Source of the DNA: Deltaproteobacteria bacterium
Lineage (GTDB): Bacteria; Myxococcota; Kuafuiibacteriia; Kuafuiibacteriales; Kuafuiibacteriaceae
Direction: 5' to 3'
NCBI GenBank assembly: GCA_040218735.1
Contig: JAVJQW010000019.1
Coordinates: forward strand, 1 to 64,000
Length of the DNA stretch: 64,000 nucleotides
The first letter of the stretch is position 1, and each line of letters begins with the position of its first letter. A program made the translations under genes and the position numbers. Below the pieces are notes generated by a model, which worked only from the letters and a program-made list of their open reading frames with translations, ran no database searches and was not told the origin of the DNA. Shown here one piece after another: positions 41,995 to 50,578 of the stretch.

Positions 41995-43385
41995 GCGATC
42001 CGAAAGAAGACTTCAAGGGCTACCGCGATCCGACGCGGAGCGTGATGCAGAAGTTCGGCGTGACTGTCTGGAGCCAGGTCGTCGCGAAGACGACGCGAGG
42101 GACCTTCGAAGGTCTCGTGCTCCCGCGCTCGGAGACGTCGGACGCCGACCACCTCGTGCTGAAGATGTGGACCGGCTACAACATCGGGATCCGCCACGAC
42201 ACGATCGAGTCGCTCGACAAACGCGGGTACAAGAAGGCCGAGTACAAGATCCCGGAGGAGGAGTTCCCGAAGGATCCCGAGAAGCCGCGCGTGATGTTGT
42301 TCGGCACCGGCGGCACGATCGCTTCGCGCCTCGACTACCGCACCGGCGCCGTCATCCCCGCGTTCAGCCCCGGCGAGCTCTACGGCTCGGTCCCCGAGCT
42401 CGCGGACGTCTGCAACCTCGATACGGAGAAGCTGTTCGGCGTCTTCTCGGAGAACATGGGCGCCGAGCAGTACCGCGTGCTGGCGGCGCGATGCGGCGAG
42501 GCGATCGAAGCCGGCTACGACGGCATCGTCATCGGCCATGGCACCGACACGATGCACCACACGGCGGCGGCGCTGACGTACATGGTGCAGGACACGCCCA
42601 TCCCGATCGTGATGGTCGGGAGTCAGCGTTCGTCGGACCGGCCGTCGTCGGACGCCGCGCGCAACCTGATCGCGGCGGCGAACGCGGCGGCGCACGGGAA
42701 GATCGCCGAGGTGATGGTCTGTATGTTCGGGCCGACCTCGGATCAGTACAACCTGCTCCACCGCGGCCCGCGCGTGCGCAAGATGCACAGCTCCTACCGG
42801 AGCACGTTCCGCACGCTCGGTGATCTACCGCTGGCGATGATCGAGGACGGGAAGCTCACGCCGATCAAGAAGGAGTTCCGTCAGCGCGATCCGCTGCGCA
42901 AGGCGAAGGTGACGCCGGTCTTCGAGGAGCGCGTCACGATCCTCTACTACTACCCGAACATGCAGCCCGACGTGATCGATGCGCTGGTCGACTGCGGCTA
43001 CAAGGGCATCGTCATCGCGGGCACCGGCCTCGGCCACGTGAACCGCCTCGTGTACCCCGCGCTCGAACGCGCGCGCGACAAGGGCGTGCAGGTGTACATG
43101 ACGCTGCAGACGCTGTGGGGCTTCGTGCAAATGCACGTCTACGAGACGGGCCGCGAGATCCTGCAGCTCGGCGTCGTCCCGCTCGCGAACATGCTGCCGG
43201 AGGTCGGGTACATCAAACTCGGCTGGGCGCTCGGCCGGCACCCCGACGATCCGGAAGCCGTGCGGGCGCTGATGCAGACCCCGATCGGCGACGACATGAC
43301 GGAGCGCGAGCCCTTCGGCGGCTACCTGGTGTTCCAGGGCGGCGTCCCGGAGATCACGGGGTTCGTGAAGAAGATCCTGTCGTAA
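41991..43385 (+). CDS. gatD: Glu-tRNA(Gln) amidotransferase subunit D (archaeal type)
   Basis: N-terminal extension (GYNIGI), TGGTIASRLDYRTGAV, HGTDTM, GSQRSSDRPSSD, RKMHS, GTGLGH, MLPEV; GTGA overlap with gatE. Confidence 0.93.
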   Translation: MSDPKEDFKGYRDPTRSVMQKFGVTVWSQVVAKTTRGTFEGLVLPRSETSDADHLVLKMWTGYNIGIRHDTIESLDKRGYKKAEYKIPEEEFPKDPEKPRVMLFGTGGTIASRLDYRTGAVIPAFSPGELYGSVPELADVCNLDTEKLFGVFSENMGAEQYRVLAARCGEAIEAGYDGIVIGHGTDTMHHTAAALTYMVQDTPIPIVMVGSQRSSDRPSSDAARNLIAAANAAAHGKIAEVMVCMFGPTSDQYNLLHRGPRVRKMHSSYRSTFRTLGDLPLAMIEDGKLTPIKKEFRQRDPLRKAKVTPVFEERVTILYYYPNMQPDVIDALVDCGYKGIVIAGTGLGHVNRLVYPALERARDKGVQVYMTLQTLWGFVQMHVYETGREILQLGVVPLANMLPEVGYIKLGWALGRHPDDPEAVRALMQTPIGDDMTEREPFGGYLVFQGGVPEITGFVKKILS

Positions 43386-43448
43386 TCTTACACGCCCGCG
43401 TAATCCAACGGAGCACAACGCTGGGATGCGGCGACCGATAAGACCGGT

Positions 43449-44936
43449 ATGACGCGGCAGGTACCATTGGGCAGCCCCGTGCTGTTCCAGAAGCCGGGCG
43501 TCGAGCGCTTCGACGCCGACGGCGACCAGCACGTCTCGACGGACGAGCTCGACCTCGCCGAGAAGGCGGCGCGCGGGGCCCTCTCGGGGCTTCGGCTCGA
43601 GAACGCACTGCGCCAGCTCGACGAGCTGCGCGACAAAGTCGATGCGCAGGGCACCCCGGGCACGCCGCTGCCCGCGGACGCGGTTCCGACACCCGAGATC
43701 GTCGAAGGCGTAGAGCTGCTCGCCGGGCCGCTCGGGATCCTCGTCCCGCTCGAGCTGCACGTACGGCCCGAGGTGGTCCTCGCGACCTCCAACGCACAGC
43801 GAACCTCGGCGCGTCTCGAGCTGCACTTCCCGCTCGAAGATCTCGGGTTGCCGGACGACGACGCGAAGATCCTCCTCGAAGGCAGCGGTGCATGGGGCGC
43901 CGGCCCGAGCACACGCGTCGACGACGACGCATCGGTGAAGCTCACGCTGCACACGCGCGACGACGGAGGAATCGTGGCTTCGCTCGAAGCCGACCGCGTG
44001 CTCATCGCGAGCCTCGGCAAGCTGCAGTTCGTCTACGAGACCGAAGGCGGGACGGACCGCGCCCTCCGCGTGACCCCCGAAGAGGTTCGGCTCGACGACT
44101 CGGCGGGTCACCGCGTGGACCTTCGCGATCGAATCGAGCGATCCCAAAGCCAGCTCGCGAAACTCGAGGATCGCGTCGCGCGGCTGCGCGACCCGGCGAT
44201 CGACACCGACGTGGAGGCCTACTACGTGGAGCTCACCGCGGAGCAACGGACGCTGAGCGGGCGGGTAGCGACGCTCGAGGGCGAGCTCACCCGGGTGAAG
44301 ACCGCGTACGCCGAAGCACAGGGCGCGGCGATCGAACGTCTGGACGCGGGCGACCTCCCGGCGGCGTTGATGTCGCGCGTCGGCGCGGATCTATTGCCGC
44401 CGGCGTGCCTGGATGATCTGAACGTCATCACCGCGGCCGACGCGACGCGCGCGGAGGCGGAGGAGCGTGCGACGCTCTTGAAGCAGATGCTCGACGTGCT
44501 CAGCGCCGCGCCACCCGATCAAACCGAAGAGATGGCGCGCGAGCTGCGGGAGGTCGAGGCGAAGGCGGCGGACGCTGCGGCGACCGCGGCGGCGCGCTGG
44601 GCGCAGGTGAAGGGGGCGATCACCGACCTCGCGGGCACGCCCGAGGTCGACGACTTCCTCGTGCGCATCGAAGGCTACGGGCGGGATCGTCCGCTCGCGA
44701 CGCTCCGGTCGGAGCGGAGCGCGATCGAGTCGGACCACGCCAACGTTTCTCGCGAGCTGCGTGAGGTCGAAGCAGACCTGGGGAATCGCGACGTTACGAT
44801 CGAAGCCATCGCGCAGCGAACCGCCGACAAGTGCGCGGAGGTTTCGGATCGCATCGTCGCGCTCCAAGCGGAGCTCGACAGCGGCGCGACCCGAATCGTG
44901 ACACGCCGGTTCGACGCCGACGGCCAGCCGGTCTGA
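43449..44936 (+). CDS. Hypothetical coiled-coil protein
   Basis: EF-hand-like DADGDQHVSTDE; heptad-rich C-terminal half. Confidence 0.65.
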   Translation: MTRQVPLGSPVLFQKPGVERFDADGDQHVSTDELDLAEKAARGALSGLRLENALRQLDELRDKVDAQGTPGTPLPADAVPTPEIVEGVELLAGPLGILVPLELHVRPEVVLATSNAQRTSARLELHFPLEDLGLPDDDAKILLEGSGAWGAGPSTRVDDDASVKLTLHTRDDGGIVASLEADRVLIASLGKLQFVYETEGGTDRALRVTPEEVRLDDSAGHRVDLRDRIERSQSQLAKLEDRVARLRDPAIDTDVEAYYVELTAEQRTLSGRVATLEGELTRVKTAYAEAQGAAIERLDAGDLPAALMSRVGADLLPPACLDDLNVITAADATRAEAEERATLLKQMLDVLSAAPPDQTEEMARELREVEAKAADAAATAAARWAQVKGAITDLAGTPEVDDFLVRIEGYGRDRPLATLRSERSAIESDHANVSRELREVEADLGNRDVTIEAIAQRTADKCAEVSDRIVALQAELDSGATRIVTRRFDADGQPV

Positions 44937-44942
44937 GCTCGG

Positions 44943-46670
44943 TCAGAGTGTCTCGAGGAACGTGACGAGATCGTCGCGCTGAGCTGCGTCGAGCCCTTCG
45001 ACGTCGCCGTGCTCGCGGCCGCCGCACGTCCAGTCGAAGCGTTGGTGCAGCGTCGCCGCGCAGCCGTCGTGCATGTAGGGCGCGCGAGAGCGTACGCCGC
45101 GGAGGCTCGGCACTTGGAACGCCGCGCCGGTGCCGACGTGGACCGTCTCGTTGTTCGTGAGCGCGTCGCCGCTGTGGCAGTCGCCGCATCGTGCCTGCTG
45201 GAAGACGGCGCGACCGCGATCGATCGCGGCGTGGTCGGTCGGGCGTCGAGTCTCGAGCGGCGCGAGCGTTTCGAGCCATCGTTCGAGGAGCTCCGTGTCG
45301 ATGCCCTCCACGGGACCGCTGCCCATGCGGCCCACCATCACGACCGACATGATGTGGCCGAGGTCTTCCATGTCGCCGTCCCAGTGGAACGGTTCGGTGC
45401 CCGCGAGGCCGCGTACGGTCTGCGTGCGTCGCAGGCCGATGTCGGCGAAGTTCCAAGTGTGTCCGTCGTCCCGGCCTTCGGGGTGGCAGTGCGCACAGGC
45501 GACGCCTCCGCTCTGCGCGCGATGGAACATGTCGTGGCCCGTGTCGCGAACGTTCGCGCCGGCGAGGTCGACGTGTCGGTCGCCGATCGAGAGCTGCGGC
45601 GGCTCGCGAGAGAACGCGATCAGCTTGCCGGTCTTCCCCATCTCGACGGCGACCGCCTGACCGCCTTCGCGACCGGTCTCGGGGTCGATCATGAACGGGC
45701 GTTGCAACACGCTGCCGCGGGCGAACTCGAACTCGATCAGCGTCGACGTGCTTCGGTGAGCCCCGGGTGCGGCGAGGAACGCCCAGCCCTCTTGGGGTCG
45801 CAGGACGAAGTCGACGGCCAGCCCGTCGGTCGAGCCGGACGTCACGTACGTGAGGTCGGGCGCGAACTGCGTGATGTTCGTCGTGACCAGCGGCGCGAAC
45901 CCGCCGCCCCCGTACGGGGAGCCGCGCTGCGGCCCTGGAGCGGGCTCAGTTTCGACGACGGCGGTCGTGGCCATCTGGTGGAGCACGAGGACGCCGCCTT
46001 CGGGTGCGGCGCGCATGCGCCAGGCGGTGCTCGCCTCGAAGTCCCGGTGGAACAAGGTGCGCACCGGCCGAACGCGCCCGACGGGTGCGTCGCTCTCCAG
46101 CCGTAGCAGCTCGGCGCGGCGGAAGGTCGACACCCACGTGCGTCCGCCTTCGACGACGATGTCGCGCAGGTCGTCGGCGACGTAGACCGAAGTCGTCGGA
46201 CGTTCGCCGCGCGGATCGATGCGGAACATCTCGCCGCCGACGCAGACCACGAGCACGAGCACGCGGTCGGGATCGAATGCGATCCCGCGCGGCGCCGGGC
46301 AGACGTCGAGGCGTTCGACGAGGCGCTCTTCGATCGGATCGATCGCGGCGACCGCGCCCGCCGAACGCAAGACCACGAAGAGCGAGCCGTCGGGGAGGAA
46401 GAGCGCGCGACCGGGGTCGTCGCCTTGCGTCAGCGCGATCGTGCGCGGCGGACGCGTTTCACCGAGCGAGACGATGTGGACGACGTCGCGATCGCTGTCC
46501 GCGACGGCGACGAGCCCGCGTGCTTCGTCGAGCGCCATCGTGCCGCCGGAGATCGGTTTGGGGATCGGATCCGCCTTCACACGCTGGCCGAAGGACCCTG
46601 TGCCCAGGTCGTCCGAGCACGCCCACGGGGCGCAGCACATCGCCGCGGTGATGATCGAAAGTCGTCGCAC
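44943..46670 (-). CDS. Beta-propeller plus diheme cytochrome c (peroxidase/MauG-like) lipoprotein
   Basis: CAHCH, CGDCH, PFHWDG, VPSLRGV...APYMHDG; GGAGG RBS before GTG 46670. Confidence 0.85.
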   Translation of the reverse strand: MRRLSIITAAMCCAPWACSDDLGTGSFGQRVKADPIPKPISGGTMALDEARGLVAVADSDRDVVHIVSLGETRPPRTIALTQGDDPGRALFLPDGSLFVVLRSAGAVAAIDPIEERLVERLDVCPAPRGIAFDPDRVLVLVVCVGGEMFRIDPRGERPTTSVYVADDLRDIVVEGGRTWVSTFRRAELLRLESDAPVGRVRPVRTLFHRDFEASTAWRMRAAPEGGVLVLHQMATTAVVETEPAPGPQRGSPYGGGGFAPLVTTNITQFAPDLTYVTSGSTDGLAVDFVLRPQEGWAFLAAPGAHRSTSTLIEFEFARGSVLQRPFMIDPETGREGGQAVAVEMGKTGKLIAFSREPPQLSIGDRHVDLAGANVRDTGHDMFHRAQSGGVACAHCHPEGRDDGHTWNFADIGLRRTQTVRGLAGTEPFHWDGDMEDLGHIMSVVMVGRMGSGPVEGIDTELLERWLETLAPLETRRPTDHAAIDRGRAVFQQARCGDCHSGDALTNNETVHVGTGAAFQVPSLRGVRSRAPYMHDGCAATLHQRFDWTCGGREHGDVEGLDAAQRDDLVTFLETL

Positions 46671-46767
46671 ACATACCTCCCCGCGCTTCGGCCCGATCGG
46701 GTTCGACCCGACCGGCACCGGCACGCAGGAGATACGTTGCCGCCTCGCCCGAAAACTTCCGTTCTTT

Positions 46768-48099
46768 CTAGCGGACCTCGACGACGCGCTGCGCGGTGCC
46801 GACGTGCACGCCGTCGTCGACCGTCACCTCGACCACGTAGGTTCCGGCTTCGCGCGGGCGCCAGCTCACCGCGCGGCGGGCGGTCTCGGGGCCGACGCGT
46901 TCGCCGTCGACGCGGAAGCGGTGCCCGACGATCGCCGAGTCGAGGTCGTGCGCGACGGTGAGTTGGATCTCCTCTTCGGCGCGAACGACGTCCGGCACCT
47001 CGAGGGCGACGTCGACCGCCTGCGGGGCGGGCGCTTCGATCGCACAACCGTGCATCGCGAACTCGTGCTCGTACTGCACGGCGAGGTTCGCGTGGTCCGG
47101 CGTGAACGCGACACTCACGGGGAGCGCCGGGCCCGGCACGTGCGCGCGCTCCGACATCGGGCGCGGTGGCAACGCGATGATCTCCTCACCGCGGGCCTCG
47201 ACGATGAGCTCCCCGTCGGCGCGCAGGTACGCGAACATCGAACCGTCGGGCGACCACGCGACGGGCGTGACCTGCACGAGCGGCGCATAGATGTTCTCGT
47301 TGACTTGCACGACGAGTCCGCCGCGCTGCGGCTCGAGCTCGGAGAAGTCGTTCGAGTCGAGGAGGAAGATTCGACCTTCGTCGGTGGTGACGGCGAGGCG
47401 CGTCGCGTCGGGGGACAGCACCACGTTGACGAGCAGCTCGTTGTTCGAAACGAGCTGCGGGGAGCGCCGGGACGCGCCGGTCTCGACGTCGACGACGACG
47501 ATCTCCTGCGGCGCGGTGATGAACACCGAGGTGTCGGAGACGACGTCGAGGTGGGCGCTGTACAGGCCTTCCTCGGCGAAGAGCCGCGTGACCTCGCCGC
47601 GCTCGTTCCAGCGTTCGACGACGGTCTCGCCGTAGCCGCGGAGCGTGATGACGTAGCGGCCGTCCGGCGTGAGCGCGACGTCGCGCACGCCGTCTTCGCC
47701 GAGCGTCGCGATCGTGTCGCCGGTGGCGAAGTCGAAGAGCGTGGGGATCTCGTTCGCCACGCGCACGGCGCGCGTGCGGTCGCGGTCGACGCTCACGATC
47801 TCGGCACCGTCCACGATGACGACCTGCCCGTCGTGCGCGCGGAGGAACGCGGTCGTACCGAAGTAGATCGCGCGGCCGCGCGCGACGAGGCCTTGGCTAT
47901 CGACGAACCACGGCGTGCGCGGGTCGAGGCCGTAGGTGCCGAGCACCTGGTTCGCCCACTGCTCTGTGCCGCCGCACTCCTCGAGGCGCGACGTCGTGGT
48001 CTCGACCTCGGGCGGCGGCGTCTTCTCGGGACCCAGCTCCATGGTCGCGGGCTCCGCGCAGGCGACGGTGAGGAGCAGGGCGAGCAGACGGCGATCCAT
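46768..48099 (-). CDS. WD40-like lipoprotein with a C-terminal Ig-like domain
   Basis: Lipobox TVA-C; repeats LTPDGRY, LSPDATRL, WSPDGSM; GTYVVEVTVDDG. Confidence 0.75.
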   Translation of the reverse strand: MDRRLLALLLTVACAEPATMELGPEKTPPPEVETTTSRLEECGGTEQWANQVLGTYGLDPRTPWFVDSQGLVARGRAIYFGTTAFLRAHDGQVVIVDGAEIVSVDRDRTRAVRVANEIPTLFDFATGDTIATLGEDGVRDVALTPDGRYVITLRGYGETVVERWNERGEVTRLFAEEGLYSAHLDVVSDTSVFITAPQEIVVVDVETGASRRSPQLVSNNELLVNVVLSPDATRLAVTTDEGRIFLLDSNDFSELEPQRGGLVVQVNENIYAPLVQVTPVAWSPDGSMFAYLRADGELIVEARGEEIIALPPRPMSERAHVPGPALPVSVAFTPDHANLAVQYEHEFAMHGCAIEAPAPQAVDVALEVPDVVRAEEEIQLTVAHDLDSAIVGHRFRVDGERVGPETARRAVSWRPREAGTYVVEVTVDDGVHVGTAQRVVEVR

Positions 48100-48185
48100 G
48101 CTGACGATGGTCGCCGAATCCGTCCCTCGCGACAAACCGAACGTTCCGTATTCGATTGTATCGCTGGGCCGTTCAATTTGCGACG

Positions 48186-49007
48186 ATGACGGCTGTGGAG
48201 ATCCAACGCATCGCGGCGTTCGCGGACGCGACCCACGCCGGCAACCCCGCGGGCGTGTGCCTGCTCGACGATTGGTCGCCCTGGCCCGACGACGCCGTGC
48301 TGCTGCGGATCGCGGCGGCGGTCGGGCTCTCCGAGACGGCGTTCCTGCGCGGGCGGGCTCTGCGTTGGTTCACGCCGGCGGTCGAGATGCCGCTGTGCGG
48401 CCACGCGACCCTCGCGACGGCGTTCGTCCTCGGCGAAGCGCACGTCGCGTTCGAGACCCGCGAGGCGGGCGTGCTCACGGCGGACATCGACGGCGCCGAC
48501 GTCACGATGGACTTCCCGGCCCACCCGCCCACGCCTCGTGCGATCGACGACGCGATGATCGCCGCGCTCGGCGCGCGACCGGACGCGGCGTTCGACGGCT
48601 TCAAAGGCCTCGTACGCTTCGGCAGCGAAGCGGAGGTCGCCGCACTCGAGCCCGATTTCGAACGCATGGCGGCGCTCGACGTGAACGGCGTCATCGCCAC
48701 GGCGCCGGGGCGCGACGTGGACTTCGTCTCCCGCTTCTTCGCCCCGAAGCTCGGCGTTCCCGAGGACCCGGTGACGGGATCGGCGCACACCGTGCTCGCG
48801 CCGTACTGGGCCCAGGCGCTCGGCCGCGACGACGTGGTCGGCCGGCAGATCCCGCGCGACCCACCGCCCGAGGGCGGCCTCGCGTGGGAGGACGTGGCGC
48901 CGATGAGCGCGCGCCCGGGCGGCGTGGTCCGGTGCACGGTGCGGGGGGAGCGCGTCGTGATGCGCGGGAGCGCGCGGAGGACCGGGAGAGGGCGCGTGGT
49001 GGGCTGA
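48186..49007 (+). CDS. PhzF family isomerase with an 18-aa insertion
   Basis: GNPAGV, LSETAF, RWFTP..E.PLCGHATLA, SRFFAP..G..EDPVTGSAH. Confidence 0.93.
   Translation: MTAVEIQRIAAFADATHAGNPAGVCLLDDWSPWPDDAVLLRIAAAVGLSETAFLRGRALRWFTPAVEMPLCGHATLATAFVLGEAHVAFETREAGVLTADIDGADVTMDFPAHPPTPRAIDDAMIAALGARPDAAFDGFKGLVRFGSEAEVAALEPDFERMAALDVNGVIATAPGRDVDFVSRFFAPKLGVPEDPVTGSAHTVLAPYWAQALGRDDVVGRQIPRDPPPEGGLAWEDVAPMSARPGGVVRCTVRGERVVMRGSARRTGRGRVVG
48848..48904. mobile_element. 54-bp palindromic in-frame insertion in the phzF-family gene
   Basis: TCCCGCGCGA..CCGCCC-GA-GGGCGG..TCGCGTGGGA; GAT at 48848 and 48902; it splits the usual RQxSxRGG motif. Confidence 0.65.
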
Positions 49008-49021
49008 GCGCGGGGGCGGGC

Positions 49022-49290
49022 GGGCTCGTTGGGGTCGACAGGAGGCGGGGAGGTTGGGAGGGCCATGCGCCGAGACCGAATCCGAATCCGAGTCCGAATC
49101 CGATTCCGATTCCACGCCCGCGTTTCGTGCGGAGCACGGCGCGCCGGAATCGGGACCGGGACCGGAACCGGGACCGGGACCGGGTGGGGGGGCCGAAACC
49201 AACGGCGAGCATCGTGAACGACCACGAGGCGTCGGACTCGGCGCATGGCCCTCCCGGCCTCCCCGCCTCCTGTTGATCCCCAACGAGCCC
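49022..49290. mobile_element. MITE-like element with ~58-bp imperfect terminal inverted repeats
   Basis: GGGCTCGTTGGGGTCGACAGGAGGCGGGGAGGTTGGGAGGGCCATGCGCCGAGACCGA (49022-49079) pairs with 49232-49290. Confidence 0.8.
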
Positions 49291-49344
49291 CGCGCCGGAT
49301 TCGGGACCGGAACCGGGACCGGGACCGGGACCGGGTGGGGGGCC
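49076..49344. repeat. Hexamer tracts (CCGAAT)n and (GGGACC)n; a ~54-bp block is duplicated
   Basis: CGCGCCGGA..(CGGGAC)n..GGGTGGGGGGCC at 49140-49194 and 49291-49344. Confidence 0.85.
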
Positions 49345-49450
49345 TGACAGATCGGCGCACCGCGGAGCCTCACCCCGACAATTCGGCAGCCCTCGACCCG
49401 GACCACGCCAGCGCGGCGCGTGGCCTGGCCCGTGCAATCGGCTCCCCACG

Positions 49451-50578
49451 ATGCTCACCGCCCTCTTCGTCGTCAGCTGCATCTCCTTTGCGCTCGCGCT
49501 CGGCTGCCACGCCGCGCGCGTCCGCATGCCCGTGCTCGAAGAGCTCCGTCCGCCCGACCCCGACGTGTGGCCCACGGTCTCCGTCGTCATCGCGGCGCGC
49601 GACGAGATCGATGGCATCGAAGCCGCCATCCAGTCGCGCCTCGCCGACGACTACCCCGCGCTCAGAATCATCATCGTCGACGACCGATCCACCGACGGCA
49701 CGAGCGCCGTCGCGGATCGACTCGCCGAGGATCCGCGGGTCACCGCGGTGCACGTCGACGCGCTCCCCGACGGTTGGCTCGGGAAGGTGCACGCGATGCA
49801 CCGCGGGATCGAGGCGGCGCGCGGAGAGTGGATCCTGCTCTCCGACGCCGACGTGCACCTCGAACCCGGGGCGCTCCGCACGGTCGTCGCGCACGCGGAG
49901 GCCAACGGCATCGACCACGTCGGCGTGCTCCCGACGGTGTGGCCGAAGGGGGTCGTGTTCGACGCGGTGCTCGCCGCGTTCGTTCGGCTCATGTCGGTGG
50001 CGACGCTCGTGACGCCGATCGGCGTTGGCGCGTTCAACCTCGTGCGGCGGCGCGCGTACGACGCGTCGCCCGGGATGCCCGCGCTGCGGATGGAGGTGGG
50101 CGACGACGTGGAGCTCGCGCGCCTCCTCGTGCGATCCGGCGCGAAGAGCGTCGGGCTCAACGGGCGTCGCGTCGTGCACCTGGAGTTCTATCGATCGCTG
50201 CGCTCGATGGCGAAACACATGGAGAAGGTCGCCGGGATCCAAGGGGGGCACCCGCTGGGGCTCGTCGTGGCTTCCTGCGTGTTCGCGCTCGTGGAGATCG
50301 CGCCGTTCGTCGGCGCGCTGTTCGAACCGTGGCGCGTCCCCTCGCTCGCGATCGGCGCGTTCGTGCTGCTCACCTCGGTCGTCATGAACCGCGCGTTCGC
50401 GCAGCCCGGTCCGGCCGCGCTGCTGTCACCGTTCGGCGCGCTGATCGGCGCCGCGTTCCTCGCGCGCGCCGGCTTGCTCGCGCTGTGGCGCGGCGGCATC
50501 GAGTGGCGCGGGACGTTCTACCCGCAGTCCACCCTTCAACGCGCGGCGACACACCAACGACGCACCCGCGACGCGTAG
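49451..50578 (+). CDS. Family 2 glycosyltransferase (HpnB-like)
   Basis: VIAARDE, VDDRSTDGT, LPDGWLGK, SDAD, GDDVELA, IEWRG. Confidence 0.9.
   Translation: MLTALFVVSCISFALALGCHAARVRMPVLEELRPPDPDVWPTVSVVIAARDEIDGIEAAIQSRLADDYPALRIIIVDDRSTDGTSAVADRLAEDPRVTAVHVDALPDGWLGKVHAMHRGIEAARGEWILLSDADVHLEPGALRTVVAHAEANGIDHVGVLPTVWPKGVVFDAVLAAFVRLMSVATLVTPIGVGAFNLVRRRAYDASPGMPALRMEVGDDVELARLLVRSGAKSVGLNGRRVVHLEFYRSLRSMAKHMEKVAGIQGGHPLGLVVASCVFALVEIAPFVGALFEPWRVPSLAIGAFVLLTSVVMNRAFAQPGPAALLSPFGALIGAAFLARAGLLALWRGGIEWRGTFYPQSTLQRAATHQRRTRDA

Noticed and set aside
39979-43385. Ordinary gatB plus L-asparaginase
   Set aside because: GatE- and GatD-specific motifs and domains, translational coupling, and no adjacent gatA/gatC.
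49029-49347. Small ORFs with ESESES/GTGTGT runs
   Set aside because: They are translations of hexamer tracts within an inverted-repeat element.
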